Assembly (NCBI GenBank): GCA_965242525.1
Contig: OZ251459.1
Span: 1,344,001 to 1,408,000, forward strand
Length of the DNA: 64,000 bases
From: an uncultured Candidatus Binatia bacterium
Lineage (GTDB): Bacteria > Desulfobacterota > Binatia > UBA9968 > JAJDTQ01
Reading direction: 5' to 3'
Shown piece by piece: positions 1-8,196 of the stretch. The translations under genes and the position numbers were made by a program. Each line of letters starts with the position of its first letter. Position 1 is the stretch's first letter. The notes under the pieces were generated by a model, which worked only from the letters and a program-made list of their open reading frames with translations, was not told where the DNA came from and searched no databases.

Positions 1-614
1 GTCAAGGCCCCCAGGGAAACGAGGGGGTGCACGCCGATGCAGACCGCGGCTTCCAGGGGCTCGCCCTTCTCCTCGGCGCGGCGGAAATACTCGAACATGC
101 GCCGCCGGGAGTGGAGGCTGACCCCCAGCCTGCGCGGTCCCTTGAGCTGCATCCGGTGGAACCCCGCGGTGCTCATGCCCGACAGGGGGTCCCGCGCCAC
201 CAGCAACCCCGCGGTCACGTAGGGGCCGCCGTCCTGCTCGAAATGGGTCAGGACCGGAAGCCGCCGGAGGTCCACCTCCCGGTGGAGCACGCTGTTCTCC
301 CGGTACGGGGCGTCCTTGCACAACTTGGGGGGAACGGGCCGCTGGATGCGCTCCTTGAACTCGTGGACCAGCCGTTCTTCCGACGTATCGAAGGCCCAGG
401 CCAGACGGGGGCGGTGCGCCAGCACGTTGGCCGCCACCGGGAACCCGCTTCCCACGTCCCGGAACAGGACCGCGGGGCAGTCAGGCAGCCGCTCCGCCTC
501 CATGACCACCGCGGTGGCCTCGAACTCCGCAGCCACGGCCTGCTCCACCTCGAACAGTTGCTCGGGGCGTTGGTCCTTCAACCGCTTCAGGAAACCCTGT
601 AGATCCTGCGACAC
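1..614 (-). CDS. UbiD-family (prFMN-dependent) decarboxylase, N-terminal part; runs off the window edge
   Basis: Not in the ORF track. Manual translation from GTG 614: MSQDLQGFLKRLKDQRPEQLFEVEQAVAAEFEATAVV...DLRRLPVLTHFEQDGGPYVTAG...FHRMQLKGPRRLGVSLHSRR; clearly paralogous to 61557-62906. Confidence 0.9.
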   Translation of the reverse strand, partial: MSQDLQGFLKRLKDQRPEQLFEVEQAVAAEFEATAVVMEAERLPDCPAVLFRDVGSGFPVAANVLAHRPRLAWAFDTSEERLVHEFKERIQRPVPPKLCKDAPYRENSVLHREVDLRRLPVLTHFEQDGGPYVTAGLLVARDPLSGMSTAGFHRMQLKGPRRLGVSLHSRRRMFEYFRRAEEKGEPLEAAVCIGVHPLVSLGAL

Positions 615-628
615 TCGAACCCCCTCAT

Positions 629-779
629 GGAACATCCGAAGGATCGGGACATGGAGGATGGCCCCGTCACCCTGACCCTCCCGTCCCCGTTCGCCCCCGT
701 CCCTGTTCGCCCCCCGTCTCCGTTCCTTTCCGCCTCCGTTCGTCCTGGGCGTAACGGAGCGGAGTCGAAGGACGCGCTC
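629..779. mobile_element. MITE-A copy (right TIR missing)
   Basis: Left end GGAACATCCGAAGGATCGGGACA; core CGTTCGTCCTGGGCGTAACGGAGCGGAGTCGAAGGACGCGC; flanks TCAT/TCAC. Confidence 0.75.
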
Positions 780-2018
780 TCACCCGCCGCCGCGGAACCG
801 TTCCCGGACCGCGTCCAGGGAGCAGTCCAGGGGGGCCGGCGGCCGGACGGAGCGCAACGCGGCGTCCACGTCCTTGAGGCCGTGGCCGGTGGACAGCACC
901 ACCACCCGTTCCGTGCGCGAGACGTCGCCTCGGTCCACCAGCTTCACCAGCGCCGCCACGGCTACGGCCGCCGCGGGCTCGGCGAAGAGTCCCGTGGTCT
1001 TTCCCAGCAACGGCATGGCTTCGAGGATCTCGCCGTCGGACACGCTCACCGCGCTCCCGCCGGAGGCCCTCAGGTCCTGCACCGCCATGACGCCGTTGCG
1101 CGGCAGCGCCACGCTGATGCTGTCGGCCAGGGTGTCCGGCGTCACCGGACGGACCACCCCGTCCCCTTCCAGCGCCAGCTTGACGGCCTGGGAGCCTTCG
1201 GCCTGGGCCGCCACCAGCCGGGGCAGCCGGGAGATCCATCCCAGTCCGTGGAGGTCCACCAGCCCCTTCCACACCCCGCTCAGGATGCACCCGTCCCCCA
1301 CCGGGACGATGACGGTGTCCGGGGGCTCCCAGCCGAGCTGCTCGACGGTCTCCAGCGCCACGGTCTTCTTCCCCTCCACGGTGTAGGGGTTGTAACCGGT
1401 GTTGCGGTTGTACCAGTCGAATTCGTCGCTGGCCCGGACGCAGAGGCTGAAGGCCTCGGAATAGCCGCCCCGGACCGGGAGCACGTCCGCGCCGAACACC
1501 AGGAGCTGGGCCACCTTGGCCCTGGGTGCCGACTCGGGCACGAAGATATGGCACCGCGCCCCCAGGGCCGCGGACAGGCACGCCAGCGACGCGCCGGCGT
1601 TGCCGGTGGAGGCGGCAGCGAACTCGCGCCGGCCGAGCTCCCGCCCCTTGAGCAGCACCACGGAGCTGGCCCGGTCCTTCAGGGAGGCCGAGGGGTTGAC
1701 GGTGTCGTCCTTGATCCAGAGCCGTTCCAGGCCCAGGGACTTGCGCAGACCCGGGACCGGATAGAGGGGCGTCCCCCCCACCGCCAGCGGGAACTCGACG
1801 CGTTCGGCCGCCAGGGGAAGCAGCGGCAGGTACCGCCAGTGGTCCCGGAACGGCGCCGCGCCCACTTGGTCCCGGCTCACGGTCTCCCGGATGCGGTCGT
1901 AGTCGTAGGCGGCCCGCAGGGTCCCCAACTCGCCGCACCCGGGGCAACCGTACCGCCGCGGGTCTTCCCCGTACGCGGCGCCGCACAGGACGCACGTGAG
2001 GCTCACGGGAAGGGGCAT
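780..2018 (-). CDS. Threonine synthase-like PLP enzyme (fold type II)
   Basis: N-terminal CxxC..CxxC, GGTPL, NPSASLKDR Schiff-base Lys, ASTGNAG, EGKKT, VPVGDG, EPAAA; start reassigned to ATG 2018 (MPLPVSLTC). Confidence 0.88.
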   Translation of the reverse strand: MPLPVSLTCVLCGAAYGEDPRRYGCPGCGELGTLRAAYDYDRIRETVSRDQVGAAPFRDHWRYLPLLPLAAERVEFPLAVGGTPLYPVPGLRKSLGLERLWIKDDTVNPSASLKDRASSVVLLKGRELGRREFAAASTGNAGASLACLSAALGARCHIFVPESAPRAKVAQLLVFGADVLPVRGGYSEAFSLCVRASDEFDWYNRNTGYNPYTVEGKKTVALETVEQLGWEPPDTVIVPVGDGCILSGVWKGLVDLHGLGWISRLPRLVAAQAEGSQAVKLALEGDGVVRPVTPDTLADSISVALPRNGVMAVQDLRASGGSAVSVSDGEILEAMPLLGKTTGLFAEPAAAVAVAALVKLVDRGDVSRTERVVVLSTGHGLKDVDAALRSVRPPAPLDCSLDAVRERFRGGG

Positions 2019-2020
2019 GG

Positions 2021-3055
2021 TCAGCGGACGAAGTGGAGGTTGCGGCGGGCCAGGTTGGCCCGGTCTTCGTCCCGCACCGGATGCTCCCGGTCGGGGATCT
2101 CGACGGTCTGCTCCTTTCCGAACAACGGCGTGGAGAAGTAGCGCATGCCGGTGTCGTTGATCATGGTCACGATCATCCCGGTGGAAGGCAGCGCCGCGGA
2201 CAGCTTGTTGGCCGCGGCCACGTTGCAGCCGGACGAGATGCCGCACAGTACGCCTTCCTCCCGCGCCAGGCGCCGGGCCATGTGGATGGCGTCCGCGGAG
2301 GAGACCGTGACCACCCCGTCCACGTAGTCCAGGTCCAGGTTCCCGGGGATGAAGCCGTCGCCGATGCCCTCGATGGCGTGGGGTCCCCAGGACCCGCCCG
2401 ACAGGATCGGGCATTCCTCGGGCTCCACCGCGTAGATCCGCACGTCCGGGTTCTGCTCCTTCAGCCGCTTGCCCACGCCGGACACGGTGCCGCCGCTGCC
2501 CTGGGAGGCCACGAACACGTCCACCTGGCCGTCGGTCTGGCGCCATATCTCCGGGCCCGTGGTCTCGTAGTGGGCCGCGATGTTGTCCCGGTTGGAGAAC
2601 TGTCCGGGTTCCCAGTAGCGCCCCGGATGGGCGCGCTTGAGCTCCTCCACCTTCTCCAGGCACAGGTCCACGTCGCTCTCGGCCCCGGGGGTCAGCACCA
2701 GCTCCGCGCCGTACGCGCGCATGGTGGCCTTGCGTTCCTCGCTCATACCCTCGGGCATCACCACCACCACCGGATATCCGCACACCGCCCCGATCATGGA
2801 GGTGGCGATGCCGGTGCTGCCGGTGGAGGCTTCCAGGATCGTCATGCCGGGCCGGAGCTCGCCGCGCTCCTCCGCGCTCCGCACCATGCGGCGCAGGATG
2901 CGGTCCTTGAGGCTCGCCGAAGGGTTCATGAACTCCAGCTTGCCGCACAGGGACTGGGGTCCCGCGGCCACCTTGCGCAGCCGGAGCAGCGGCGTCAGGC
3001 CCGCGGCCTCGGTGATGTCCTCCGCGATCCGTCCCCGGGATGCCCAGTCCGTCAT
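2021..3055 (-). CDS. Cysteine synthase-family PLP enzyme
   Basis: NPSASLKDRI, HYETTGPEIW, GSGGTVSG, HAIEGIG, GISSG, DTGMRY motifs; start reassigned to ATG 3055. Confidence 0.88.
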   Translation of the reverse strand: MTDWASRGRIAEDITEAAGLTPLLRLRKVAAGPQSLCGKLEFMNPSASLKDRILRRMVRSAEERGELRPGMTILEASTGSTGIATSMIGAVCGYPVVVVMPEGMSEERKATMRAYGAELVLTPGAESDVDLCLEKVEELKRAHPGRYWEPGQFSNRDNIAAHYETTGPEIWRQTDGQVDVFVASQGSGGTVSGVGKRLKEQNPDVRIYAVEPEECPILSGGSWGPHAIEGIGDGFIPGNLDLDYVDGVVTVSSADAIHMARRLAREEGVLCGISSGCNVAAANKLSAALPSTGMIVTMINDTGMRYFSTPLFGKEQTVEIPDREHPVRDEDRANLARRNLHFVR

Positions 3056-3081
3056 GTTCGTTCCCTCCTGCCGGCGCCCCG

Positions 3082-3954
3082 TCAGAGCCCCAGCATGGCC
3101 CTGGGGTTGTCCACGATCAGCTTCTCCACGTTCCGGGGCGAGACCCCCTTCTCGTAGAGCCCCTGGGCGTAGAGCCACAGGGCCTCGGGGGGCAGCGGGT
3201 TGTGGGACTGGCCGGTGTCGCTCATGACCACGCAGTTGTCGAACCCCATGGAGTCCATGATCCCCTTGGTGAACTCCAGGTTGACGTAGGCCCACATGGG
3301 CGAGATGGTGCAGTAGCCGAACTCGCCGATGGCGCCGTAGCGCATCATCTGCTTCAGGAAGTCCAGGTTCATGCCCGCGGGCACGCGGAAATAGGGATGG
3401 GTGATGAGGATCTTCTTCACCCCCCGCTCGTGGGCCGCCTTCACCAGCAGCTCGATCTCCCCCAGGGAGAGGTGGGCGGTCCCCAGGATGGCGTCGTACT
3501 TGGCGACGAGCTCCAGCACCACCATGGCCTCCTCCACCACCTTGCCGTCCCTGACCGCGGAGATGGGCTCGCCCCAGACGAAGTCCGCCCCGCTACTCTG
3601 GGTGTCGTAGCTGCCCCTGGCCCCGTGGACCTCCACGTGGTGGGCGGCGTCGATGGTCGGCATCCAGATCTCCTTGGCGCCCAGCCGGAGGCCCACCTCG
3701 GCCGCGGCCGGGTTGATGCCGCCCACGAACTGGTTCATCACCACGCCGCCGAACACCTTGATGTCGGGGAAGTCCTTCTGGATGAGGTAGGCCCGGCTCA
3801 CCGTGCTTTCGTGGTGGCACTTCAGCACGATGGCGGCCATGCCCGCGTCCGACGCGGCCTGCACCGCCTGGCGGTCGTCCACCCGCCGCTGGAAGACGCA
3901 GGGATACGAATGCACGTGCAGGTCCACGGCCCCGTCGAGTTTCATGAATTCCAT
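3082..3954 (-). CDS. Amidohydrolase-fold (DUF6282-like) metalloprotein
   Basis: DLHVHSYP, VLKCH, GGINP, WMPT, GTAHL, ITHP, SDTGQ motifs; start ATG 3954. Confidence 0.75.
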   Translation of the reverse strand: MEFMKLDGAVDLHVHSYPCVFQRRVDDRQAVQAASDAGMAAIVLKCHHESTVSRAYLIQKDFPDIKVFGGVVMNQFVGGINPAAAEVGLRLGAKEIWMPTIDAAHHVEVHGARGSYDTQSSGADFVWGEPISAVRDGKVVEEAMVVLELVAKYDAILGTAHLSLGEIELLVKAAHERGVKKILITHPYFRVPAGMNLDFLKQMMRYGAIGEFGYCTISPMWAYVNLEFTKGIMDSMGFDNCVVMSDTGQSHNPLPPEALWLYAQGLYEKGVSPRNVEKLIVDNPRAMLGL

Positions 3955-4181
3955 AACGTCCCGTCCAGGCGCCCGCCCGGGGCGCGGTTGCGATCCTCGA
4001 TTTCGTCCATCCCCGGAGACTCCGACCCTGCTCCGCCATCCGAACGCCGAGGACCTGAGAAGCGTCGAGCCATTGCAGCATGGAACATAACACTTGACGG
4101 GCAGGACCGGAAGGCGGCGACGCAGGCCCCGGGCGGCTCGATCCTTCCGGCTGCCCACCGGCAAGGAGGCTCGGGCCACGA

Positions 4182-4276
4182 CGACTCTTTCGACCGGAGT
4201 CGAAAGTGGCTGCGACTTTTTTTGACCGTAGTCAAAAGTAGCCGCGACTTTTTTTGACTACGGTAGAAATTAGCTG
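4182..4276. repeat. Three tandem 31-32 bp units with internal palindromes; putative operator array
   Basis: CGACTCTTTCGACCGGAGTCGAAAGTGGCTG / CGACTTTTTTTGACCGTAGTCAAAAGTAGCCG / CGACTTTTTTTGACTACGGTAGAAATTAGCTG, ending 12 bp before ATG 4289. Confidence 0.75.
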
Positions 4277-4288
4277 TATCCTTGAGAC

Positions 4289-5407
4289 ATGGCAGAGACG
4301 CCCCGCTACCTCTCCGGACAGGTCCTGTCCGACCTCCGCCGCAAGATGGTGTTCGTGGCGGGCCCCCGACAGGTGGGCAAGACCACCTTCGCGCGGAGCC
4401 TGCCCGGCGCCCCGGAGGGTTACCTCAACTGGGACGTGGCCGCGCACCGGCATCGCATCCTGCGGCGCGAACTGCCCCCGTCCGGCCTCTGGGTCTTCGA
4501 CGAGATCCACAAATACCGCCAGTGGCGCGGCTACCTCAAGGGCTTGTACGACGACCGCGGGGAGGGCCAACGGATCCTCGTGACCGGCAGCGGCCGGCTC
4601 GACCTCTACAGGTTCGGCGGCGACGCCCTGCAGGGGCGCTACCACCTGCTGCGGCTGCATCCCTTCTCCGTGGCCGAAGCGGGCGTGGGCACGCCCGCGG
4701 AGCTGCGCGACCTGCTGGAGCTCGGCGGCTTTCCCGAGCCCTGGCTGTCGGGCAGCCGCCGGGAAGCAAGGCGCTGGTCCCGGGAGTACCGGGCCCGGCT
4801 CGTGCGCGAGGAAGCGGCCACCCTCGAGCAGGTCCGGGACCTCGGCCAGTTGGAGCTGATGATGCTGGCCCTGCCCGAGAGGGTGGGCGCGCCGCTTTCC
4901 GTCAACGCCCTGCGCGAGGACTTGCAGGTGAGCCACAAGACCGCGGACGCCTGGCTCGGCGCCCTGGAGCGGCTGTACGCCATCTTCCGGCTGCCGCCGT
5001 TCGGCTCGCCCCGCCTGCGCGCGGTCAAGAAGCAGTGCAAGCACTACCACTTCGACTGGACCCTGGCGCCCGAAGACGGGGCGCGTTTCGAGAACCTCAC
5101 CGCCTGCCACCTGCTCAAGTGGGTCCACCACCAACAGGACACCGAGGGGTTGGACCTGGAGTTGCGCTACTTCCGCGACAAGGACGGCCGGGAAGTCGAT
5201 TTCGTCGTCGAGCAGCGGAGAACCCCGTCGCTGCTGGTCGAATGCAAGTGGTCCGACGCCCCTCCGGACCGAGGCCTCAAGTACCTGAAGGCAAGGTTCC
5301 CCAAGGCCGAGGCATGGCAGGTCTCCGCCATCGGCGTGAAGGACTACGTAACCCCGGAAGGAATCCGCGTAGCCCCCGCACTGGCGCTGTTGTCCGGGCT
5401 GGCGTAG
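4289..5407 (+). CDS. AAA_14 ATPase with C-terminal DUF4143 (PD-(D/E)XK-like) domain
   Basis: Walker A GPRQVGKTT, Walker B VFDEIHK, VTGS, GGFPEP, FENL, REVDF...VECK. Confidence 0.9.
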   Translation: MAETPRYLSGQVLSDLRRKMVFVAGPRQVGKTTFARSLPGAPEGYLNWDVAAHRHRILRRELPPSGLWVFDEIHKYRQWRGYLKGLYDDRGEGQRILVTGSGRLDLYRFGGDALQGRYHLLRLHPFSVAEAGVGTPAELRDLLELGGFPEPWLSGSRREARRWSREYRARLVREEAATLEQVRDLGQLELMMLALPERVGAPLSVNALREDLQVSHKTADAWLGALERLYAIFRLPPFGSPRLRAVKKQCKHYHFDWTLAPEDGARFENLTACHLLKWVHHQQDTEGLDLELRYFRDKDGREVDFVVEQRRTPSLLVECKWSDAPPDRGLKYLKARFPKAEAWQVSAIGVKDYVTPEGIRVAPALALLSGLA

Positions 5408-5557
5408 GGACCGTCCCCGCGTAAGCGGAGAAGCCAGGCTCACCTGGTTCGCCTGCTATTGCTGGTGCGGATCGTCCCCGCGTAAGCGGAGAAGCCCCGG
5501 GCGGCGCCGCGGACATGGACCCTGGTTGCGGATTGGCCCTGCGTAAGCGGAGAAGCC
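5407..5557 (-). CRISPR. Orphan type I-E-like CRISPR mini-array: 3 repeats (29 bp), 2 spacers (32 bp)
   Basis: Repeats at 5407-5435, 5468-5496 and 5529-5557 (61-bp period). Minus-strand repeat GGCTTCTCCGCTTACGCGGGGACGATCCG has the I-E layout: 6-bp stem, 4-nt loop, 8-nt 3' handle. Spacers 5436-5467 and 5497-5528 are unrelated to each other. Confidence 0.8.
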
Positions 5558-5634
5558 GGTAGCGGGCAACGGCGCTTGCCGTCGTTCCCGCAAAAAACCC
5601 CGCACCGTCATTCCCGCGAAAGCGGGAATCCACT
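5558..5634. repeat. Left arm: leader-like segment plus REP-like doublet GTCATTCCCGCGAAAGCGGGAATCCAC
   Basis: Inverted copy at 7216-7300; same doublet at 42183-42235 and 42461-42513; contains the ATTCCC-N8-GGGAAT palindrome. Confidence 0.85.
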
Positions 5635-5685
5635 TTGGTCTCGTTGTATGAACCTCTCCGGGTTGGATACTCTTCTCGATCCATT
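5635..5685 (-). pseudogene. 3'-end remnant of a small GIY-YIG endonuclease gene
   Basis: Reverse complement TGGATCGAGAAGAGTATCCAACCCGGAGAGGTTCATACAACGAGA aligns by eye with 42402-42447 TGGATCGAGAAGGGTTGTCCGAGTTGGAGATGTTTGTACAACGAGA. Confidence 0.6.
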
Positions 5686-5752
5686 TTCCCTCACCCTGAC
5701 CCCCATACCCGTTCGTCCTGAGCGTAGCGAAGCGGAGTCGAAGGACGCGCTC
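5686..5752. mobile_element. MITE-A partial copy (left flank of nuclease gene)
   Basis: TCCCTCACCCTGACCCCCATACCCGTTCGTCCTGAGCGTAGCGAAGCGGAGTCGAAGGACGCGC. Confidence 0.8.
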
Positions 5753-5840
5753 TAGCGCCTATGGGGTTGGGGCAGGGCTTCCGTGCAAGCCGATCCACTC
5801 AAAAGCCGGAAGAGCCGAGGATAGCAGGCATGGGCAGGCG

Positions 5841-7016
5841 TCAGGAGGTTTGCAGGTCGTCAAGCACTTTGGCGAGCCTTGCCGCCAATGTCTCTACATG
5901 CGTCGCCACGTCATGGTGCGCGATTAACCGAGCCCTCACTGTGTCAGGGCGACGGTGCTGCTCGCCGAAAGGATCATTTTCGAACTGGCTGACCCAATCA
6001 TCCAGGATCTTCAGGCGCTTGGGATGAAGCAGCGAGGCGTAGGCAGGGGAGTCCTTGGATGCGCTTTCTCCGAATGCGTAATCGCGCAACCCCATCCAGA
6101 AAGGGCTGTCGGAAGGCGGGTAGAACCAGGCCACTGTGATGAGCCAAGGATAGCTCTCTTCAGGAGGTTTCACCCTGATAGAGAAGCCTTTATCACCTGG
6201 TACGACTTTGGCTCCATGCTCCTCGGCGATCCCAAAGAGCCGTTGGGTTGCACGACGCACCTCATCACCGGGCAAGTTGTCCAAGAAGGAGTTGCGGTCG
6301 ATCTTCGTGCGCTTGTGGGACCCGTCACGCTTGCTCGGCGAGGCCGCCGTGTGTCCAATGACGCGAGGCACGAGCGTGCTGCGCGCCTCGGACTCGCCTT
6401 TGAACTGCTTGACCTCGACGGCCAGCACCTCGATGTTGTCACGCAGTTGCGCGTTCAGGAACTCGACGATGCGGGCGAGTTCAGTGGGTATGGCGTCTGC
6501 CACGAACAGCAAGCGCAGGCGTTTGGCGTCGAGGTTCCTGGCGACTTTGCGCCAAAACGCCTCTGCGTCCAGTTCTTCGTCCTCGGGCTGGAGCAGGTCT
6601 TGCAGCGCCTTGTCTGTGGCTGCGGAATCTCCCCAAGTCTTCTCGAAGGACTGGCGCAAGGTTTCCGGTGTCCAGAACTGCGAGGCGTTTGCGGCATAGT
6701 CCAGCATCTGGCCGACGACCTCACGCCGTATCTGTGTGTTCGAACCCCGCTTCACCTCGACGAGCGTCGGCACGGCGTCCTGGTCAACGAACAGGTGGTC
6801 CAGCGACCAGCGGTCGGACTCGCCGGACGCGGCCGGTACGCCCATCTCGCGCTTGACGAGCAGCCATCGCCGGGGGTTGCCCGGACTCATTTGTTCTCCG
6901 TCCAGCAAATGGGGGTACTCGGCAAGGAGTTTCTGCATGTGGTCTTCCGACTCGAACCGCTGTTCTTCCATCGACTCCAGGTTGTCCCCATCCAGGATGT
7001 AGATGCGTTCGGCCAT
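5841..7016 (-). CDS. PD-(D/E)XK nuclease (NucS/RecB-like N-terminal domain) with uncharacterised C-terminal domain
   Basis: E...SLDHLFVD...LVEVKR...GQMLDY motif; visibly more A/T-ending codons than neighbouring genes. Confidence 0.75.
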   Translation of the reverse strand: MAERIYILDGDNLESMEEQRFESEDHMQKLLAEYPHLLDGEQMSPGNPRRWLLVKREMGVPAASGESDRWSLDHLFVDQDAVPTLVEVKRGSNTQIRREVVGQMLDYAANASQFWTPETLRQSFEKTWGDSAATDKALQDLLQPEDEELDAEAFWRKVARNLDAKRLRLLFVADAIPTELARIVEFLNAQLRDNIEVLAVEVKQFKGESEARSTLVPRVIGHTAASPSKRDGSHKRTKIDRNSFLDNLPGDEVRRATQRLFGIAEEHGAKVVPGDKGFSIRVKPPEESYPWLITVAWFYPPSDSPFWMGLRDYAFGESASKDSPAYASLLHPKRLKILDDWVSQFENDPFGEQHRRPDTVRARLIAHHDVATHVETLAARLAKVLDDLQTS

Positions 7017-7022
7017 GTTCTT

Positions 7023-7119
7023 GCGCCCTTCGACTCCGCTGCGCTACGCTCAGGACGAACGGGGATGGGGGTCAGGGTGAGGGAATCCACCCTCCATGTC
7101 TCGATTGTCCGGATGTTCC
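7023..7119. mobile_element. MITE-A partial copy, inverted relative to 5686-5752
   Basis: GCGCCCTTCGACTCCGCTGCGCTACGCTCAGGACGAACGGGG...TGTCTCGATTGTCCGGATGTTCC (one TIR retained). Confidence 0.8.
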
Positions 7120-7215
7120 TGCCGTTTCATACCCGCTCCCTCCTTCGTGCCCACTTTCTTGTTGGACAATACCCCCTTGTCCTCCTGGAACAGGGAATAA
7201 ACCAGATGTTCCCCA

Positions 7216-7300
7216 AGTGGATTCCCGCTTTCGCGGGAATGACGAGGTGGGCTTTCGCAGGAACGACGGCAAGCACAGTGGATTCCCGTTGCCCGCTACC
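7216..7300. repeat. Right arm: REP-like doublet plus leader-like segment (inverted copy of 5558-5634)
   Basis: GTGGATTCCCGCTTTCGCGGGAATGACGAGGTGGGCTTTCGCAGGAACGACGGCAAGC...CCGTTGCCCGCTACC. Confidence 0.85.
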
Positions 7301-7329
7301 GGCTTCCCTGCTTACGCGGGGATAAGCTC
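7301..7329 (+). CRISPR. Single I-E-like repeat, inverted relative to the 5407-5557 array
   Basis: GGCTTCCCTGCTTACGCGGGGATAAGCTC, preceded by the same CCGTTGCCCGCTACC leader-side sequence as repeat 5529-5557. Confidence 0.6.
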
Positions 7330-7400
7330 GCGGGCACGAGCTGCGCGGCGCCTGCCTCCCGGCTTACTGCCTGCCGGGGCAGGCTCCGCAGGCGCGGTGG

Positions 7401-7467
7401 AACGACGGCTTGACCCCTGCCGCTCCCCTTTCCCCCCTGCCTCACCCACACGAAACCCGGAAGCGCC
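7401..7467. mobile_element. Degenerate right end of the element at 42070-42602
   Basis: AACGACGGCTTGACCCCTGCCGCTCCCCT...ACCCACACGAAACCCGGAAGCGCCC aligns with 42534-42602; abuts a stop codon in both places. Confidence 0.6.
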
Positions 7468-8172
7468 CTATCCTCCGGGATGGGCCGCGGCTTCGGCCGG
7501 TTCCAGGTCGAGGGCGCGGCTCACGGCTTCCAGGGCGGCCTGGTTGCTGGTGACCACGGGCAGGTCGTAGGCCTGGCGCAGTTGCGGCAGGGTCGCCACC
7601 GCCTGGTAGTTGGTGCAGGAGATGAACAGGGCGTCCACCTGCGGGCGGGGGCCCAGCTTCTCCCGGGCGAAGGCCAGGATCTCCCGCGGCTCCACCAGCG
7701 CCAAGTTGAAGTTGACGCTGATGCCCATGCCGTGGATGGACGCCACCTCGATGCCGTCGTCCTCCACGCTGGCCTTGATGCGGACGTTGAGTTCCTCGAT
7801 GTAGGGGGTCAGCACCGCGATGCGCCGCGCCTCCAGGACCGCCAGCATGCTCCGCACCGACTCGATGACGCTGACGGTGGGCTTGCCGGTGACTTCGGAT
7901 ATCCGGCGGCACAGTTCCGCGTCGTAGGCGTTGCCGCGCAGCGCCCCGGCGCTGGTGCAGCCGAACACCACCACGTCCGGCCGGGCGGTGGCCACGTCCC
8001 TGGCCGCGGGGAGCGTGTGCCGGTCCAGCATGGCCTCCTCGCCCTCGACGGTGGTGGCTTCCATGTACATGCGCCCGGTGTGGACCGTGGCCGCCGGCGG
8101 CAGGCAGCGGTAGAAGTCCACCTCCATGACCGTGTTGGAGGAAGGGATGAGCAGTCCGACCCGATGACCCAA
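7468..8172 (-). CDS. Asp/Glu racemase superfamily protein (maleate cis-trans isomerase / arylmalonate decarboxylase-like)
   Basis: GLLIPSSNTVME, FGCTS, LTPY, ISCTN, VVTSNQA. Confidence 0.88.
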   Translation of the reverse strand: MGHRVGLLIPSSNTVMEVDFYRCLPPAATVHTGRMYMEATTVEGEEAMLDRHTLPAARDVATARPDVVVFGCTSAGALRGNAYDAELCRRISEVTGKPTVSVIESVRSMLAVLEARRIAVLTPYIEELNVRIKASVEDDGIEVASIHGMGISVNFNLALVEPREILAFAREKLGPRPQVDALFISCTNYQAVATLPQLRQAYDLPVVTSNQAALEAVSRALDLEPAEAAAHPGG

Positions 8173-8196
8173 GCGGTTGCCTCCTCGCTTCGCCCG

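Noticed and set aside
4182-4276. Palindromic 31-32-bp repeats as a CRISPR array
   Set aside because: No spacers between units.
5497-5528. Possible in-window targets for spacer 2 (near 35552, 23507 and 56733)
   Set aside because: Only 13-18 bp GC-rich partial matches, expected by chance; searched by eye, so a computational check is still needed.
7361-7388. Second degenerate CRISPR repeat on the right arm (GGCTTACTGCCTGCCGGGGCAGGCTCC)
   Set aside because: Needs gaps, has a 60-bp rather than 61-bp period, and overlaps sequence resembling the 42-kb element end.
5277-7570. Short ORFs containing MDSRFRGND / WIPAFAGMT / PFVLSVAKRSRR / SFDFASLRSG
   Set aside because: Translations of the REP and MITE repeats, not genes; the same applies to N-terminal extensions of mutL, yicC and the 51821 ORF.
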